DNA from: Patescibacteria group bacterium UBA924
GTDB taxonomy: Bacteria; Patescibacteriota; Microgenomatia; UBA1400; PJMF01
NCBI GenBank assembly: GCA_002293725.1
Contig: DBDU01000026.1
Span: forward strand, 6,313-70,312
Direction of reading: 5' to 3'
Length of the DNA stretch: 64,000 nt
The position numbers and the translations under genes are program-made. This document shows, one piece after another, positions 1 through 9,723 of the stretch (the first letter of the stretch is position 1; every line of letters starts with the position of its first letter). The notes under the pieces were generated by a model. It was not told where the DNA came from. It saw nothing but the letters and a program-made list of their open reading frames with translations, and did not search any database.

Positions 1-993
1 TTAGAGCACCCGTATCTAGCCCTTACATCAAGTGGTACTGGAGGAATTCATGTTGCTCTCCTAGCTCTAGGGACTCAACACGGCGATGAGGTGATTACTA
101 CCAGCTATACCTTCTCCTCTTCCGTTAATATGATCTTGCAGACCGGAGCTCGTCCCGTATTCGTAGACATGACTTCTGACTTTCGAATGGATCTTTCTCA
201 ATTGGAAAAGGCAGTTTCTCCCCGAACCAAAGGAATATTGGTTACTGACCTCTTTGGCTTAGTAAATGACTACAACCGACTTCATCACTTTGCCCAGAAA
301 CACCGACTTTGGGTAGTAGTTGATGCTTGTCAGGCATTAGGTGGAAAAACTACGGATGGCAAGCTACCGATCTCCTACGCTGATATCGTGGTGAGTAGTT
401 TTTTTGAAACAAAACATATCTCCACGGGAGAAGGCGGCGTCATCCTAGCTAAAACTCCTGAGCTTCTTCAACGAGCTCATACCTATATTAGCCATGGCCA
501 ACCACGTGGCATTCAGTATCAATACGAAGTTGCCGGCATGAACTACCGACCCACTGACCTTCAAGCCGCTGTGCTTCTTCCCCAACTGACCAGCTGGGCA
601 AAAGAAAATAGCCTACGAGAGGAGCAATTTAAGTTGTATCAAGCGTTGCTCGCTCCTTTGCAACCTCAGCTCATCTTGCCGACAGTTACGCCTCACGACG
701 TGCCGGCTGTTTATCCTGTGCAAGTTCCTCAGCATCTCCATGCTCAAATACTTGCAGCCTTAACTGCTCAGCAGTTACCCTATAAACCACAGTATCCTAA
801 AGCACTCCACGAGTACCCTGTTTATGCTTCCCAGGCTGTCAAACCAACTTCTCTTTCTCGAAGTGAAGCTTTTGGTAAACGAACAGTTCTTTTGTTACTA
901 GGTCCGAGCATAGATACTCAAACAATACAAAGGATTGGTGATGTTTTTACACAAGTTACAGCACAAGCTTCAAACTCTCCAGAAACTTCGTAG
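1..993 (+). CDS. DegT/DnrJ/EryC1/StrS-family PLP-dependent sugar aminotransferase (5'-truncated by window edge)
   Basis: Frame is open from base 1: SSGTGGIHVALLALG..GDEVITTSYTF, VDACQALG, SFFETKHISTGEGG (PLP lysine), GMNYRPTDLQAA. Confidence 0.9.
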   Translation, partial: LEHPYLALTSSGTGGIHVALLALGTQHGDEVITTSYTFSSSVNMILQTGARPVFVDMTSDFRMDLSQLEKAVSPRTKGILVTDLFGLVNDYNRLHHFAQKHRLWVVVDACQALGGKTTDGKLPISYADIVVSSFFETKHISTGEGGVILAKTPELLQRAHTYISHGQPRGIQYQYEVAGMNYRPTDLQAAVLLPQLTSWAKENSLREEQFKLYQALLAPLQPQLILPTVTPHDVPAVYPVQVPQHLHAQILAALTAQQLPYKPQYPKALHEYPVYASQAVKPTSLSRSEAFGKRTVLLLLGPSIDTQTIQRIGDVFTQVTAQASNSPETS

Positions 994-1660
994 CTTACTA
1001 CACAACGTCGACGTCTTCGTCTGGGATCTAGATGGAACGCTCTACTTTAATATGGAGCTATTGGATCATCTTCGAAAACAGTGGCAAACCTACTACCAAC
1101 AGTTTCCGATCGCTCAATCACAGCTCTTCGACCAACTAGAAAAGACTGGTAAGGATTGGTTCGAGATTATTCAGCTGGGCTCTCCATATACGACCAAAGA
1201 GTTGATTTTAGAAATCGAGAGTATGATTGATAAAACCACCTTTATCACTCACTCAAAAGCACTTGCACACTTCTTTGGAAAGAAAAAGTTCCGCCACATT
1301 CTTTTTAGTAATGCTACTCACGACCAAGCTATACGCGTCCTGAAAAAACTGGGTATTGAGGCGCCCGAACAAACTTTTGAGTGCATCCTTGCATTAGAAG
1401 AGCTGCCCGATGCAAAACCACACCCATCAGCCTATACAGTCCTAACACAACAACTCGCAACTACACCTCCTCAACGTGTGGTATATGTGGGGGACTCTGT
1501 TCGTTCTGATATTCAGCCAGCTCAGCAACTAGGATTTAAAACAATTCACATCTGTAGATCAGTTACAGATACTCAAACTCAAGCAGATCTTTCTTTTACC
1601 AACGAAGCAGAGTTATTTGCTCTGCTCAATCACTTACACTTGCTTAGTTTCCTTCGGTAA
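941..1660 (+). CDS. HAD-superfamily hydrolase (phosphatase)
   Basis: Motif I WDLDGTLY, FSNA, KPHP, YVGDSVRSDI. ATG 941 is preceded by AGGA. Confidence 0.85.
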   Translation: MFLHKLQHKLQTLQKLRSLLHNVDVFVWDLDGTLYFNMELLDHLRKQWQTYYQQFPIAQSQLFDQLEKTGKDWFEIIQLGSPYTTKELILEIESMIDKTTFITHSKALAHFFGKKKFRHILFSNATHDQAIRVLKKLGIEAPEQTFECILALEELPDAKPHPSAYTVLTQQLATTPPQRVVYVGDSVRSDIQPAQQLGFKTIHICRSVTDTQTQADLSFTNEAELFALLNHLHLLSFLR

Positions 1661-2230
1661 AGAAACTCCCAAGTCCTGCAAGAGTACTTCACTTGCTCCG
1701 TGTGCTTGTGCGTAGCGCATAAACTGCTCTTCCAACTCCGCAGATCGAGTAGGAAGATGTTGAAGAGCGCGAGCAGTCTCACACAGCTCCCCGGGAAAAA
1801 CAACCCAGCTCGCAGACTCAGCCATCCAAAAGTCTGGCTTGAAACGAGACTTTGGCTTCAGATATACCACTGCTGTCTTGACTGAAGCAGTATTAAACTT
1901 GGCCAGGTGTTCCATAACTAAGTGAAGTGAGTCTCCAGTATCACTAATTTCATCAAGTACTAGAACGTGCTTTCCTTGAATATCAACTGCAACTTCCTGA
2001 CTGATAAAGGGTTGCTTTGTTTGGTGTAAATCCTGATAAGAACTGACTACTAAAGTGGTAATAGGTACCTCCAATGCATCCGAAAGAATCTTGGAAAGTA
2101 CCGCACCACCTCGTTGAATAGAGAGAAGATAGTCTATTTTCTGTGGTCCATACGCTTGCTTAATCTTGACTGCGAGTTCAAGACAATGACGATAAAACTC
2201 TTCATAACTGAGGAAGAGAAAGTCTGGCAT
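1634..2230 (-). CDS. Type I phosphoribosyltransferase (purine salvage-like)
   Basis: IQRGG loop, PRPP-binding motif VLVLDEISDTGDSL, C-terminal WVVFP. Confidence 0.85.
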   Translation of the reverse strand: MPDFLFLSYEEFYRHCLELAVKIKQAYGPQKIDYLLSIQRGGAVLSKILSDALEVPITTLVVSSYQDLHQTKQPFISQEVAVDIQGKHVLVLDEISDTGDSLHLVMEHLAKFNTASVKTAVVYLKPKSRFKPDFWMAESASWVVFPGELCETARALQHLPTRSAELEEQFMRYAQAHGASEVLLQDLGVSLPKETKQV

Positions 2231-2242
2231 ACACACTGTTCC

Positions 2243-3430
2243 TTATGGCTGTTCTAACTGTTGAAATAACTCTAACGCATTTTTGATCGCTTGATCCATA
2301 TTGAAATATTTATAGTTTGCTAAACGACCGACAAAGTAAATGCCTTGGTCTGCTAACTGTGTAGCTTGTTTTCGATACTCTTCATACAAGGATTGGTTGC
2401 GGGTAGTAGGAACAGGATAGTAGGGCTCTCCCACACTGGTACTGAACTCTTTCATTACTACTGTCTTGCCGCCAAATGTCGCGTCGGGATTTACGGCTTT
2501 TGTAAGATACTTATACTCGATCGTGCGAGTGTAGGGTGTCTTTAGGCTGGGATGATTTATGACCGCTGCTGGCTGGAAAAAAGAACGCTCATTCGTAAGC
2601 GTATGCCACTCCTCTTCAAACCTGAGTGAACGATACTCCAATGTTGCGCCGAGCTTCTGTTGAAACTCAAAGAACTGGTCAATGGGGCCCGTGTAAAAGA
2701 TTTTTTCAAACGGATGAAGAGAGAAAGGATGTTGTTTCTTCTTGAGCATCTCAAACTGAGACTTAACCATAAAGTAGTCAGTTTCTAGTAAAACTTTGAT
2801 ATTTGGGTGAGACAACATTTTCTCAAAAAAAGACGTATATCCTTTCTGAGGAAGATATTGATATTTATCAGTAAAGTAGCGGTCATCCTGATTCAAACGA
2901 AGAGGAATTCTGCCAATTACTGACGCATCTAGCTTACGAGGGTGTTGCTGCCATTGTTTCTGGGTATAAGGTAAGAAGAGCTTTTGATACAAACTTTTTC
3001 CAAAGCGGCTTAATCCCAGCTCTTCACTGGTCATCGGACTATGATGGTCTACACGTTGCTTGGCTAGCCACGCTTCCATCTCGGCTGATGTCTGCAGAGC
3101 AGTCCCAAACAGTGTATTTACCGTCTGAATATTAACTGGTAAAGGGACGTACTTTTTTCCTACTTTTGAAAGCACCCGATGTTCGTAAGGAATCCATTGA
3201 CTGAATCGATGAATATACTCATGAACTTCTTCATCGTTAGTATGAAAAAGATGTGCTCCATACTTGGAAATTCGTATTCCCGAAGAATCAAGATAGTCGT
3301 AGCAGTTCCCTCCAATGTGATTCCGCTTCTCCAGTACCAGTACCTTTTTTCCTTGAGCAGCGTAGCGTTCGGCAAGCACCGAGCCTGAAAGTCCCGCTCC
3401 TACTACCAATATGTCGAAGTTCTCCCACAT
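2243..3430 (-). CDS. glf: UDP-galactopyranose mutase
   Basis: GAGLSG FAD motif, HIGGNCYD, YGAHLFHT, LEYRSL, EPYYP, GRLANYKYFNMDQAI. Confidence 0.95.
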   Translation of the reverse strand: MWENFDILVVGAGLSGSVLAERYAAQGKKVLVLEKRNHIGGNCYDYLDSSGIRISKYGAHLFHTNDEEVHEYIHRFSQWIPYEHRVLSKVGKKYVPLPVNIQTVNTLFGTALQTSAEMEAWLAKQRVDHHSPMTSEELGLSRFGKSLYQKLFLPYTQKQWQQHPRKLDASVIGRIPLRLNQDDRYFTDKYQYLPQKGYTSFFEKMLSHPNIKVLLETDYFMVKSQFEMLKKKQHPFSLHPFEKIFYTGPIDQFFEFQQKLGATLEYRSLRFEEEWHTLTNERSFFQPAAVINHPSLKTPYTRTIEYKYLTKAVNPDATFGGKTVVMKEFSTSVGEPYYPVPTTRNQSLYEEYRKQATQLADQGIYFVGRLANYKYFNMDQAIKNALELFQQLEQP

Positions 3431-3610
3431 GCTCTGGAGTGTACCATCACGCAGAGATTTTCTTGTAGCTTAAAAAATGAATCCAAATGGTGTTCAGCCT
3501 CCCTGAAAGTTTCGCCTTTTATTCCTTATTGATTTGTGTGCAGTACTTCCCCTACAGTTATAAGCAACCGAACTGGATCGGCTTATTGTGGTATTTGAGT
3601 TACAACGTTC

Positions 3611-4951
3611 ATGACTGAGACACCTGTACAACCATTAGGCAACACTTCAGCCCCGCCCGTTGTCCCTACCGAACCGGCAGTGTCTGTACCTTCTGCAAGT
3701 CCTACTCCTCCTGCAAACCCTTCTTCAGGAAACAAGAAAAAGTTTTCACCCCAAATAATGCTAGCTGCTTTAGGCTTGCTTATTCTGGTTATTGGAGCAG
3801 GAGTCGGCTTCTTTTTAATGAATCAATCTCAAGAAATTCGCCAGCAAGCGGCTGGATATGCCAGTTGTGCCGGCGGTGTTCCTCACAATGGCTTAGCTTG
3901 TTCAGGCTTCCGCCAACCTGTGCGGTGTGTGAACGGCTCATTTGAAACACTGACGGCCTGTACTTCTAGTCAGCGCTGTGACTCAGGTCTGTGTGTAAAT
4001 ACTGAGCGTGACTGTGCAGGTGGTGTTAAACATGGACAAACTGCTTGTTCTGGCCTACGTACTCAAGTAACCTGTAATGACGGTTCCTTTGTCAATGAAA
4101 CACCTTGTGCTAATAATGAAACTTGTCAAAGTGGTCGTTGTGGCGGTGGTCCAGCCGGAACATCTTCACCTACTCCACGCCCAAGTGTCTCTCCACAACC
4201 TTCAGCCTCTCCAGGAAACGGAACCTGTCGCGGTATTGGTGAGTCCTGTGATGATGGTGCCAACTCGTGTTGCGGCGGTGGGGTCTGCCAAGGCGTAGGG
4301 GGTAACCGTATTTGTCAGGTTCAGCAAGACACTTGTAACGATCCCAATAGTAATAACGATGGCGTTTGTGGCGGCAATCAAGGATGGTTGGGCTTCCGCT
4401 GTAACAATCTTAGTAACGGTCAGTGTTTAGAGAACCCTGAAACCTTTAATAACTATCGAGATGCCTATGACTATGCAAGTGCCAATGGATGTGGACAGGT
4501 TGATCAGGTATGTAATGGTGGTTGGAAAGACAGACAGCTGTGTGGTTCCTTCCAGATTATCGCTACTAACTGTGGCGGATCAGTTCCTACACCTCAACCT
4601 TCACCAAGACCGACCCCTCGTCCAACTCCAACACCTGGCGTTACCCCTTCACCAGAACCAAGCCCATCTCCAGGAGTTTCTCCATCCCCTGGCCCGATCT
4701 GTGCTTACGTAGCAATCAACAAACCAAACATTGTAGTTGGTGACCAGATCAACTTAACTTGTGGAATTATTCCTGGAGTTTCTCGATACGAGTTCCGTAT
4801 CAGCCTTCCAGATGGCAGTATCCAAGCTATTCAACCAGCTAGTGAGAACAGTAATATCTCAGCCAACTTTGCCATTACACAAACTGGCGCCCACAAAGCC
4901 CAGTGCCGTATCTGTACAGGCAATGCATGTCAGGAATGGGAAACGTTATAA
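3611..4951 (+). CDS. Membrane-anchored Cys-rich/Pro-rich surface protein
   Basis: Pro-rich N-terminus, KKK plus single TM helix, two tandem 6-Cys repeats (CAGG..H...ACSG....V.C..GSF.....C.....C.SG.C), PSPT linkers, C-terminal beta-rich domain. Confidence 0.75.
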   Translation: MTETPVQPLGNTSAPPVVPTEPAVSVPSASPTPPANPSSGNKKKFSPQIMLAALGLLILVIGAGVGFFLMNQSQEIRQQAAGYASCAGGVPHNGLACSGFRQPVRCVNGSFETLTACTSSQRCDSGLCVNTERDCAGGVKHGQTACSGLRTQVTCNDGSFVNETPCANNETCQSGRCGGGPAGTSSPTPRPSVSPQPSASPGNGTCRGIGESCDDGANSCCGGGVCQGVGGNRICQVQQDTCNDPNSNNDGVCGGNQGWLGFRCNNLSNGQCLENPETFNNYRDAYDYASANGCGQVDQVCNGGWKDRQLCGSFQIIATNCGGSVPTPQPSPRPTPRPTPTPGVTPSPEPSPSPGVSPSPGPICAYVAINKPNIVVGDQINLTCGIIPGVSRYEFRISLPDGSIQAIQPASENSNISANFAITQTGAHKAQCRICTGNACQEWETL

Positions 4952-4960
4952 GAAGGTAGT

Positions 4961-7243
4961 ATGACGAACACAACGCCAGGCAACACCAGCCCCGCCAACA
5001 CTCCTCCACCAGGAGAAGTGAAGGTGCCACCAGCCGTGCCATCTCCAATGGCAGTTCCATTTACGCCACCTGCTCCGGCTAGTATTCCTAGTGACGTCAA
5101 AGAAGAGAAAAAAGATGAACCAGTTGTTAAGCTAGACGCTCCTGACTCCAAGCCTGTTGAAGCAGAAAGCAAACCAGCAGAAGTAAAGATCGAGCCAACA
5201 CAGGCTGCAACCGAAGAGAAAGAAGAGAAAACAGAAGCACCTGTTGTTTTAAGTCCAGACACGCCAGAGAAAATGGATAACATGCCTGCCGTCTCACTTC
5301 CAGGTGGTCCAGGAGAAGCTCCCAAACCATTGGCAACACCTGCTGTTCCACCTTCAGCTGTTACGCCACCAATTGCCATGCCACCGTTGAGTGCGCCACC
5401 TTCTTCTATACCTTCACCAGTAGTTCCTTCTGCGGTAACTCCTCCACAGGAAAATAAGGTAGACGTCGTTCCTCCCGCTCCTCCATTAAAGGTTCCAGCT
5501 ACCCCTCCGGCGGACTTGGTTTCACCAGTAACCGGCAGTGTTCCTACCGTTTCTAAAGCGGGACCAGATGACAGCGATGGCGGATCCAGTAGCAAAGCGA
5601 AGAAAATCGGTGGCTCCAAAATGAAGTTTATTGCGCCACTATTACTCTTCTTCTTCTTGGTATTCGGTGGTGGAGTTGCTTTCTTCTTAAGTCAACGACA
5701 GCAAAACATTCAGAATCAGGCTTCTTCCCTCACGAGTCGCGGAAGTGTTGAAGCCTTAAGCTGTTCTCAAGTTACCGGATGGGTATGTGACTCTGCAAAC
5801 TTTGCCCAACCACTAAAAGTGGCACTCTATTACGACGAGTTTAAGGAAAGTAACCTCATTTTGGTTGCCGATGCCAACATCAATCGTGCTGATGCAGCTG
5901 AGCAGTGTGGCGGCACCACCAATCATGGTTTTGTTATCGATATTCCTAGCGATCGAGTACCAGCAGGATCTCATCGTTTGATTGTCAAAGGAATTCCAGT
6001 TGGTTCACGCAGTCAGCTCAACACGGCTGACATGTTCGACATTCAACTTGCTGCTGGAGTTAACCCGACCGTTTCCTGTGGTTCAATCTCTGAAACCTGT
6101 TCTGTAACCTTTAACGTTGGTCCTGCACCTGAAAATGCGATTGCTTGTATCAAGGATACCTTCCAAGACGAGCTAACTAACTCTGCGGGCCAATATGCGT
6201 ACACGAATGCCCAAAGCAGCTTTGAGCCAGGTGAAGTAGTAGTCTTTAGAGTCACCTTGCGCAACACTGGTCAGCAAGTTCAACAGCTCAGCATGACTGA
6301 TGCTTTGACTGAAGAAAACCTGGATCAACTTGATTTCATTGATACCAACTGTGGTACATACAATGAGAGTACTCGCACAATCACCTGGTCTCCTGATCCG
6401 ATTGCTGCCAATGATCAAATCGTTTGTGGCTTCCGAGCTCGCGTCAAGAGTACTGTGAATGAAGCGTTGATTATCACTAATACAGTGAACGTGACTTCAA
6501 ATGGCGGTTTAACAGCCAGCTGTAATGCTCCAATCACCATTAGTATTCCTAACGCTTCTCCATCTCCAAGTCCATCACCGAGTCCTTCGCCAACACCCAG
6601 TCCGTCACCAAGCCCAACCCCGGTGCCAACTCCATCTCCAACCCCAGGAGTAACACCTTCGCCAGGCCCATTGTTCTGTGGCAGCAGCTGTACCAACGTC
6701 TGTCCCGACAATCACTCTTGTGACAATGGTCGGTGCGTACTGAATGCTTGTATGACCGGCATCAGTTGTTCTGATGACATGTGTCGAGTTACTGCATGTG
6801 GCAGCAGCTGTAACACAAACACCGACTGTCCAACAGATCACACCTGTAGTAACAACCGCTGTGTCTTAACACCTTGCTTGAATGGGACAGCCTGTGACAG
6901 CAGCCAATGTACCGTGGTCGCACCAACCCCAGTAGTCGTGGTTCAAACCCCACCACCAGTTGTTGCTGAGCAACCACCAGCGGCAGTCAGTTGTAACCAA
7001 ATCTGTAACACCAACGCTGACTGTAGCGACAACAGTCACATCTGTGTAGACACCGCTTCTGGAAGACGCTGCCGCTTAGATAGCAATGTAGGTAGTGAGA
7101 CCTGTAGCCCAACTGGACAGGCCGTTGTGCCAACTCCAATTGCACAAAGCCTCCCGGTAGCTGGCAGCAACGATATCTTAAAAGCACTTGGAGTTGGAGC
7201 CATCGCCGTCATTCTCGGTATGGTTGGCTTAGTACTTCTCTAA
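4961..7243 (+). CDS. Cys-rich surface protein with DUF11-like domain and LPxAG-type C-terminal sorting signal
   Basis: About 220-aa Pro-rich tail, TM helix, PGEVVVFRVTLRNTG (DUF11-like), (SP)n linker, Cys-rich repeats, then LPVAG and a hydrophobic C-terminus. Confidence 0.75.
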   Translation: MTNTTPGNTSPANTPPPGEVKVPPAVPSPMAVPFTPPAPASIPSDVKEEKKDEPVVKLDAPDSKPVEAESKPAEVKIEPTQAATEEKEEKTEAPVVLSPDTPEKMDNMPAVSLPGGPGEAPKPLATPAVPPSAVTPPIAMPPLSAPPSSIPSPVVPSAVTPPQENKVDVVPPAPPLKVPATPPADLVSPVTGSVPTVSKAGPDDSDGGSSSKAKKIGGSKMKFIAPLLLFFFLVFGGGVAFFLSQRQQNIQNQASSLTSRGSVEALSCSQVTGWVCDSANFAQPLKVALYYDEFKESNLILVADANINRADAAEQCGGTTNHGFVIDIPSDRVPAGSHRLIVKGIPVGSRSQLNTADMFDIQLAAGVNPTVSCGSISETCSVTFNVGPAPENAIACIKDTFQDELTNSAGQYAYTNAQSSFEPGEVVVFRVTLRNTGQQVQQLSMTDALTEENLDQLDFIDTNCGTYNESTRTITWSPDPIAANDQIVCGFRARVKSTVNEALIITNTVNVTSNGGLTASCNAPITISIPNASPSPSPSPSPSPTPSPSPSPTPVPTPSPTPGVTPSPGPLFCGSSCTNVCPDNHSCDNGRCVLNACMTGISCSDDMCRVTACGSSCNTNTDCPTDHTCSNNRCVLTPCLNGTACDSSQCTVVAPTPVVVVQTPPPVVAEQPPAAVSCNQICNTNADCSDNSHICVDTASGRRCRLDSNVGSETCSPTGQAVVPTPIAQSLPVAGSNDILKALGVGAIAVILGMVGLVLL
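6553..6665 (+). repeat. Coding low-complexity (Ser/Thr-Pro)n linker
   Basis: Encodes ASPSPSPSPSPSPTPSPSPSPTPVPTPSPTPGVTPSP with varied codons. Confidence 0.8.
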
Positions 7244-7260
7244 TTCAACACAGTAGTTCA

Positions 7261-7291
7261 AAAAACGGCGTTCAGTTGGAGCGCCGTTTTT
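7261..7291 (+). terminator. Rho-independent terminator after the surface-protein pair
   Basis: aaaaacggcgttc-agttg-gagcgccgttttt inverted repeat followed by a T-tract. Confidence 0.8.
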
Positions 7292-7359
7292 GGTTTATCA
7301 GAATATTTACTTGAAGAGATATAATCTGGGATACGCTTTTATGTGATTGTGCATAAAGT

Positions 7360-7436
7360 GAGCCGATAGCTCAGTTGGTCAGAGCGGTAAGCTTATACCT
7401 TACTGGTCGCAGGTTCGAGTCCTGCTCGGCTCACCA
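7360..7436 (+). tRNA. tRNA-Ile (anticodon UAU)
   Basis: Full cloverleaf: acceptor GAGCCGA/TCGGCTC, D-arm GCTC/GAGC, anticodon stem GTAAG/CTTAC with loop CT-TAT-AC (TAT at 7394-7396), T-arm GCAGG-TTCGAGT-CCTGC, A73, encoded CCA. Confidence 0.93.
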
Positions 7437-7443
7437 CACAGAC

Positions 7444-7475
7444 AGGGCTACCCCACCACTATGGAGTAGCCCTTT
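7444..7475 (+). terminator. Hairpin/terminator downstream of tRNA
   Basis: AGGGCTAC...GTAGCCCT inverted repeat followed by TT. Confidence 0.6.
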
Positions 7476-7506
7476 GATCACTTTACATACCACGTATAAT
7501 CAAGGT

Positions 7507-7776
7507 ATGGGGAGTACTAAACCAAAGCACGACACTACCGAAAAGAAGCTCGATGACATGATCGCTGATCTCGAAGAGTTGGATCTCTGGGATGTAGCTG
7601 ACCCTGCCGATCAGACATTTTGGGAAGAGTTTTTTAAAGTCGAAGAAGCTCTCGAGATGAGTGATGAGTTTGATGCTCCCAGCTTCACCATCACTGTTCA
7701 AAACAACACAACTGGCGAAACAAACACATATCAAAATATTAAATTGAAGCCCTCGCGACGAAAAATTGACTGTTAA
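7507..7776 (+). CDS. Small acidic hypothetical protein (89 aa)
   Basis: ATG 7507 lies 6 nt after TATAAT (7495-7500). The longer ORF-track start overlaps the tRNA. Confidence 0.6.
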   Translation: MGSTKPKHDTTEKKLDDMIADLEELDLWDVADPADQTFWEEFFKVEEALEMSDEFDAPSFTITVQNNTTGETNTYQNIKLKPSRRKIDC

Positions 7777-7867
7777 GACGGTATAAACATACCTCACTCA
7801 AGGTTCTTTTTTTCTTCAAGTAACCGCCCTCTTTTTTCCTTTCGCGAATCGGGTTAGGATAGGCACT

Positions 7868-8920
7868 ATGAAGTCGTTCTCTCGACCTTTTATTTTTGTT
7901 GCCCAGTGGGTACGGAAACACTGGAAACTGTCACTTTTTCTCTTGGTAATCATTATTGGAGTAGGTTACTTTGGATACAAACGCAGCAATCCGCAACCAG
8001 AGCAACTAGAGTTTGTTTCCGTCAAACGAGGAACATTGACTAAGAAACTCAATGTTTCCGGAATTATTGATGCCAAACAAAAGGCCAGCATTCACTATGC
8101 TGCTGGAGGAAAAGTGGTCTACATTAGCGCCAAAGAAGGTGACATTGTCAGACAAGGACAGACATTAGCTAGAGTTGATACCCGTGATCTCCAAAAAAGA
8201 TTGGCTCAAGATTTAAACTTGTACTTCAATCAACGGATGACCTTTGAAACTAATGCAGCTGATCGCAGCATTATGGCTCCTACTGACGACCTCAATCGTG
8301 CGGCTCAACAGGATCAAAAAACACTGGAAAACTCTGTTCTCGCCGTTGAAATTCGTGATATTGCGATTCGTGACGCCTCACTAACTACTCCGATTGGAGG
8401 AATCTTAGTTGCCGCTCCTACTGGCGTAGCTGGCGTCGTTCTAAATCCAACTGACATTTTCGAAGTTGTTGATCCTTCAAGTTTGGTCTTTAAAGCAGCG
8501 GTTGCAGAAACTGAGATTGCCTTGGTAAAGAACGGCCAAATCGCCACGATTGAGTTAGACGCTTTCCCTGATGAACCCTTAACTGCTTCAGTAAGCTCAA
8601 TTGCCTATCGCAGCTCACAAAGTTCTAGCGGAACTGTCTTTGTGGTTGAGCTCCCCCTTCCTATAGAAAGCAGCCAATCAGCTGTTCAGCGCTATCGTTT
8701 GGGCATGAATGGTGATACTGACATTACGGTTGATGAGAAGGAAGATGTCCTCCAAATTCCGCTCGATGCGTTGATTGAACGTGATGACAAAACCTATGTT
8801 CGTAAACGAACAGGTGAGAACAGCGCAGAAGAAGTGGAAATTCAAGTTGGTCTTGAAACGGATGACATGGTTGAAGTCATCAGCGGTCTTCAAGAAAACG
8901 ATGAAGTGGTCTTACCATAG
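7868..8920 (+). CDS. MacA-like membrane-fusion (efflux adaptor) subunit
   Basis: N-terminal TM, lipoyl half-motifs (GGKVVYISAKEGDIVRQGQTLARVD, LTTPIGG), LQIPLDAL, VEVISGLQENDEVV. Confidence 0.88.
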   Translation: MKSFSRPFIFVAQWVRKHWKLSLFLLVIIIGVGYFGYKRSNPQPEQLEFVSVKRGTLTKKLNVSGIIDAKQKASIHYAAGGKVVYISAKEGDIVRQGQTLARVDTRDLQKRLAQDLNLYFNQRMTFETNAADRSIMAPTDDLNRAAQQDQKTLENSVLAVEIRDIAIRDASLTTPIGGILVAAPTGVAGVVLNPTDIFEVVDPSSLVFKAAVAETEIALVKNGQIATIELDAFPDEPLTASVSSIAYRSSQSSSGTVFVVELPLPIESSQSAVQRYRLGMNGDTDITVDEKEDVLQIPLDALIERDDKTYVRKRTGENSAEEVEIQVGLETDDMVEVISGLQENDEVVLP

Positions 8921-8938
8921 GTTTTAGCGAGAAGTACC

Positions 8939-9721
8939 ATGCTCTTGGCTCTAAAAAATGTCTCCAAAATTTACAAGATTGGTAGTGAAGAGATTCGCGC
9001 CATGAATGAAGTCTCTATTAATGTGGAAGAGGGTGAGTTCGTTGCCGTGATGGGTCCATCAGGTTCAGGAAAGTCCACGTTCTTACAAGTGGCCAGCTTG
9101 CTCAGTTCTGTCGAACAAGGTGAGATCCACCTCAAAGATAAAAATGTCACCAAGTATAGTGAAGTTGAACTGGCTCGGATGCGAAATAAAGAGATTGGCT
9201 TTATTTTTCAACAGTTTAACTTGTTAGCACGCACCAGTGCGCTCGATAACGTGGCTTTACCTTTAGTGTATGCAGGAGTGGATGCCCCAGAACGTAAAAA
9301 AAGAGCCACAGTCATGTTGGAAAAAGTTGGCCTTTCAGATCGCTTAAACAATACGCCTGCTCAGCTCTCAGGTGGACAGCAACAACGGGTTGCTATTGCC
9401 CGTGCTCTAGTAAACGAGCCAGCTATTATCTTTGCTGACGAGCCAACTGGAAACTTAGACTCCAAAAGTGGTGAAGATATTAAAAAACTTCTACAAGATC
9501 TTCATGACGAAGGTAAAACTATCGTGATGGTCACCCATGAAGCTGAGATTGCCCAAATTGCTAAACGGCTGATTCTCTTTCATGACGGTGAGCTAATCTA
9601 TGATGAAAAGTTCGGCTACAACAAAAGCTTGAAGAGCCAAAAAACCAAAGAGTATGTAGAGATGCTGAAGAAGAAGCGAAAAACACCGCGCCTCATCTTC
9701 GGCAAAGTCACAGGTAAGTAA
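8939..9721 (+). CDS. ABC transporter ATP-binding protein (MacB/LolD type)
   Basis: [48 protein letters not shown]. Confidence 0.95.
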   Translation: MLLALKNVSKIYKIGSEEIRAMNEVSINVEEGEFVAVMGPSGSGKSTFLQVASLLSSVEQGEIHLKDKNVTKYSEVELARMRNKEIGFIFQQFNLLARTSALDNVALPLVYAGVDAPERKKRATVMLEKVGLSDRLNNTPAQLSGGQQQRVAIARALVNEPAIIFADEPTGNLDSKSGEDIKKLLQDLHDEGKTIVMVTHEAEIAQIAKRLILFHDGELIYDEKFGYNKSLKSQKTKEYVEMLKKKRKTPRLIFGKVTGK

Positions 9722-9723
9722 GC

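Noticed and set aside
3560-3587. Leader hairpin upstream of the first surface protein as a riboswitch
   Set aside because: A single modest stem with no recognisable aptamer motifs.
4930-5619. 229-aa antisense ORF, and similar ones at 50918-51367 and 58462-58827
   Set aside because: Shadows of Pro-, Gly- or Glu-rich genes on the opposite strand; no motifs.
4580-6665. Pro-Ser/Thr repeats as a possible CRISPR or VNTR
   Set aside because: Repetition is at the amino-acid level with varied codons; there is no repeat-spacer structure and no cas gene.
7375-7506. 5' extension of the 133-aa ORF in the track
   Set aside because: It overlaps the tRNA and its hairpin; ATG 7507 with an adjacent TATAAT is the better start.
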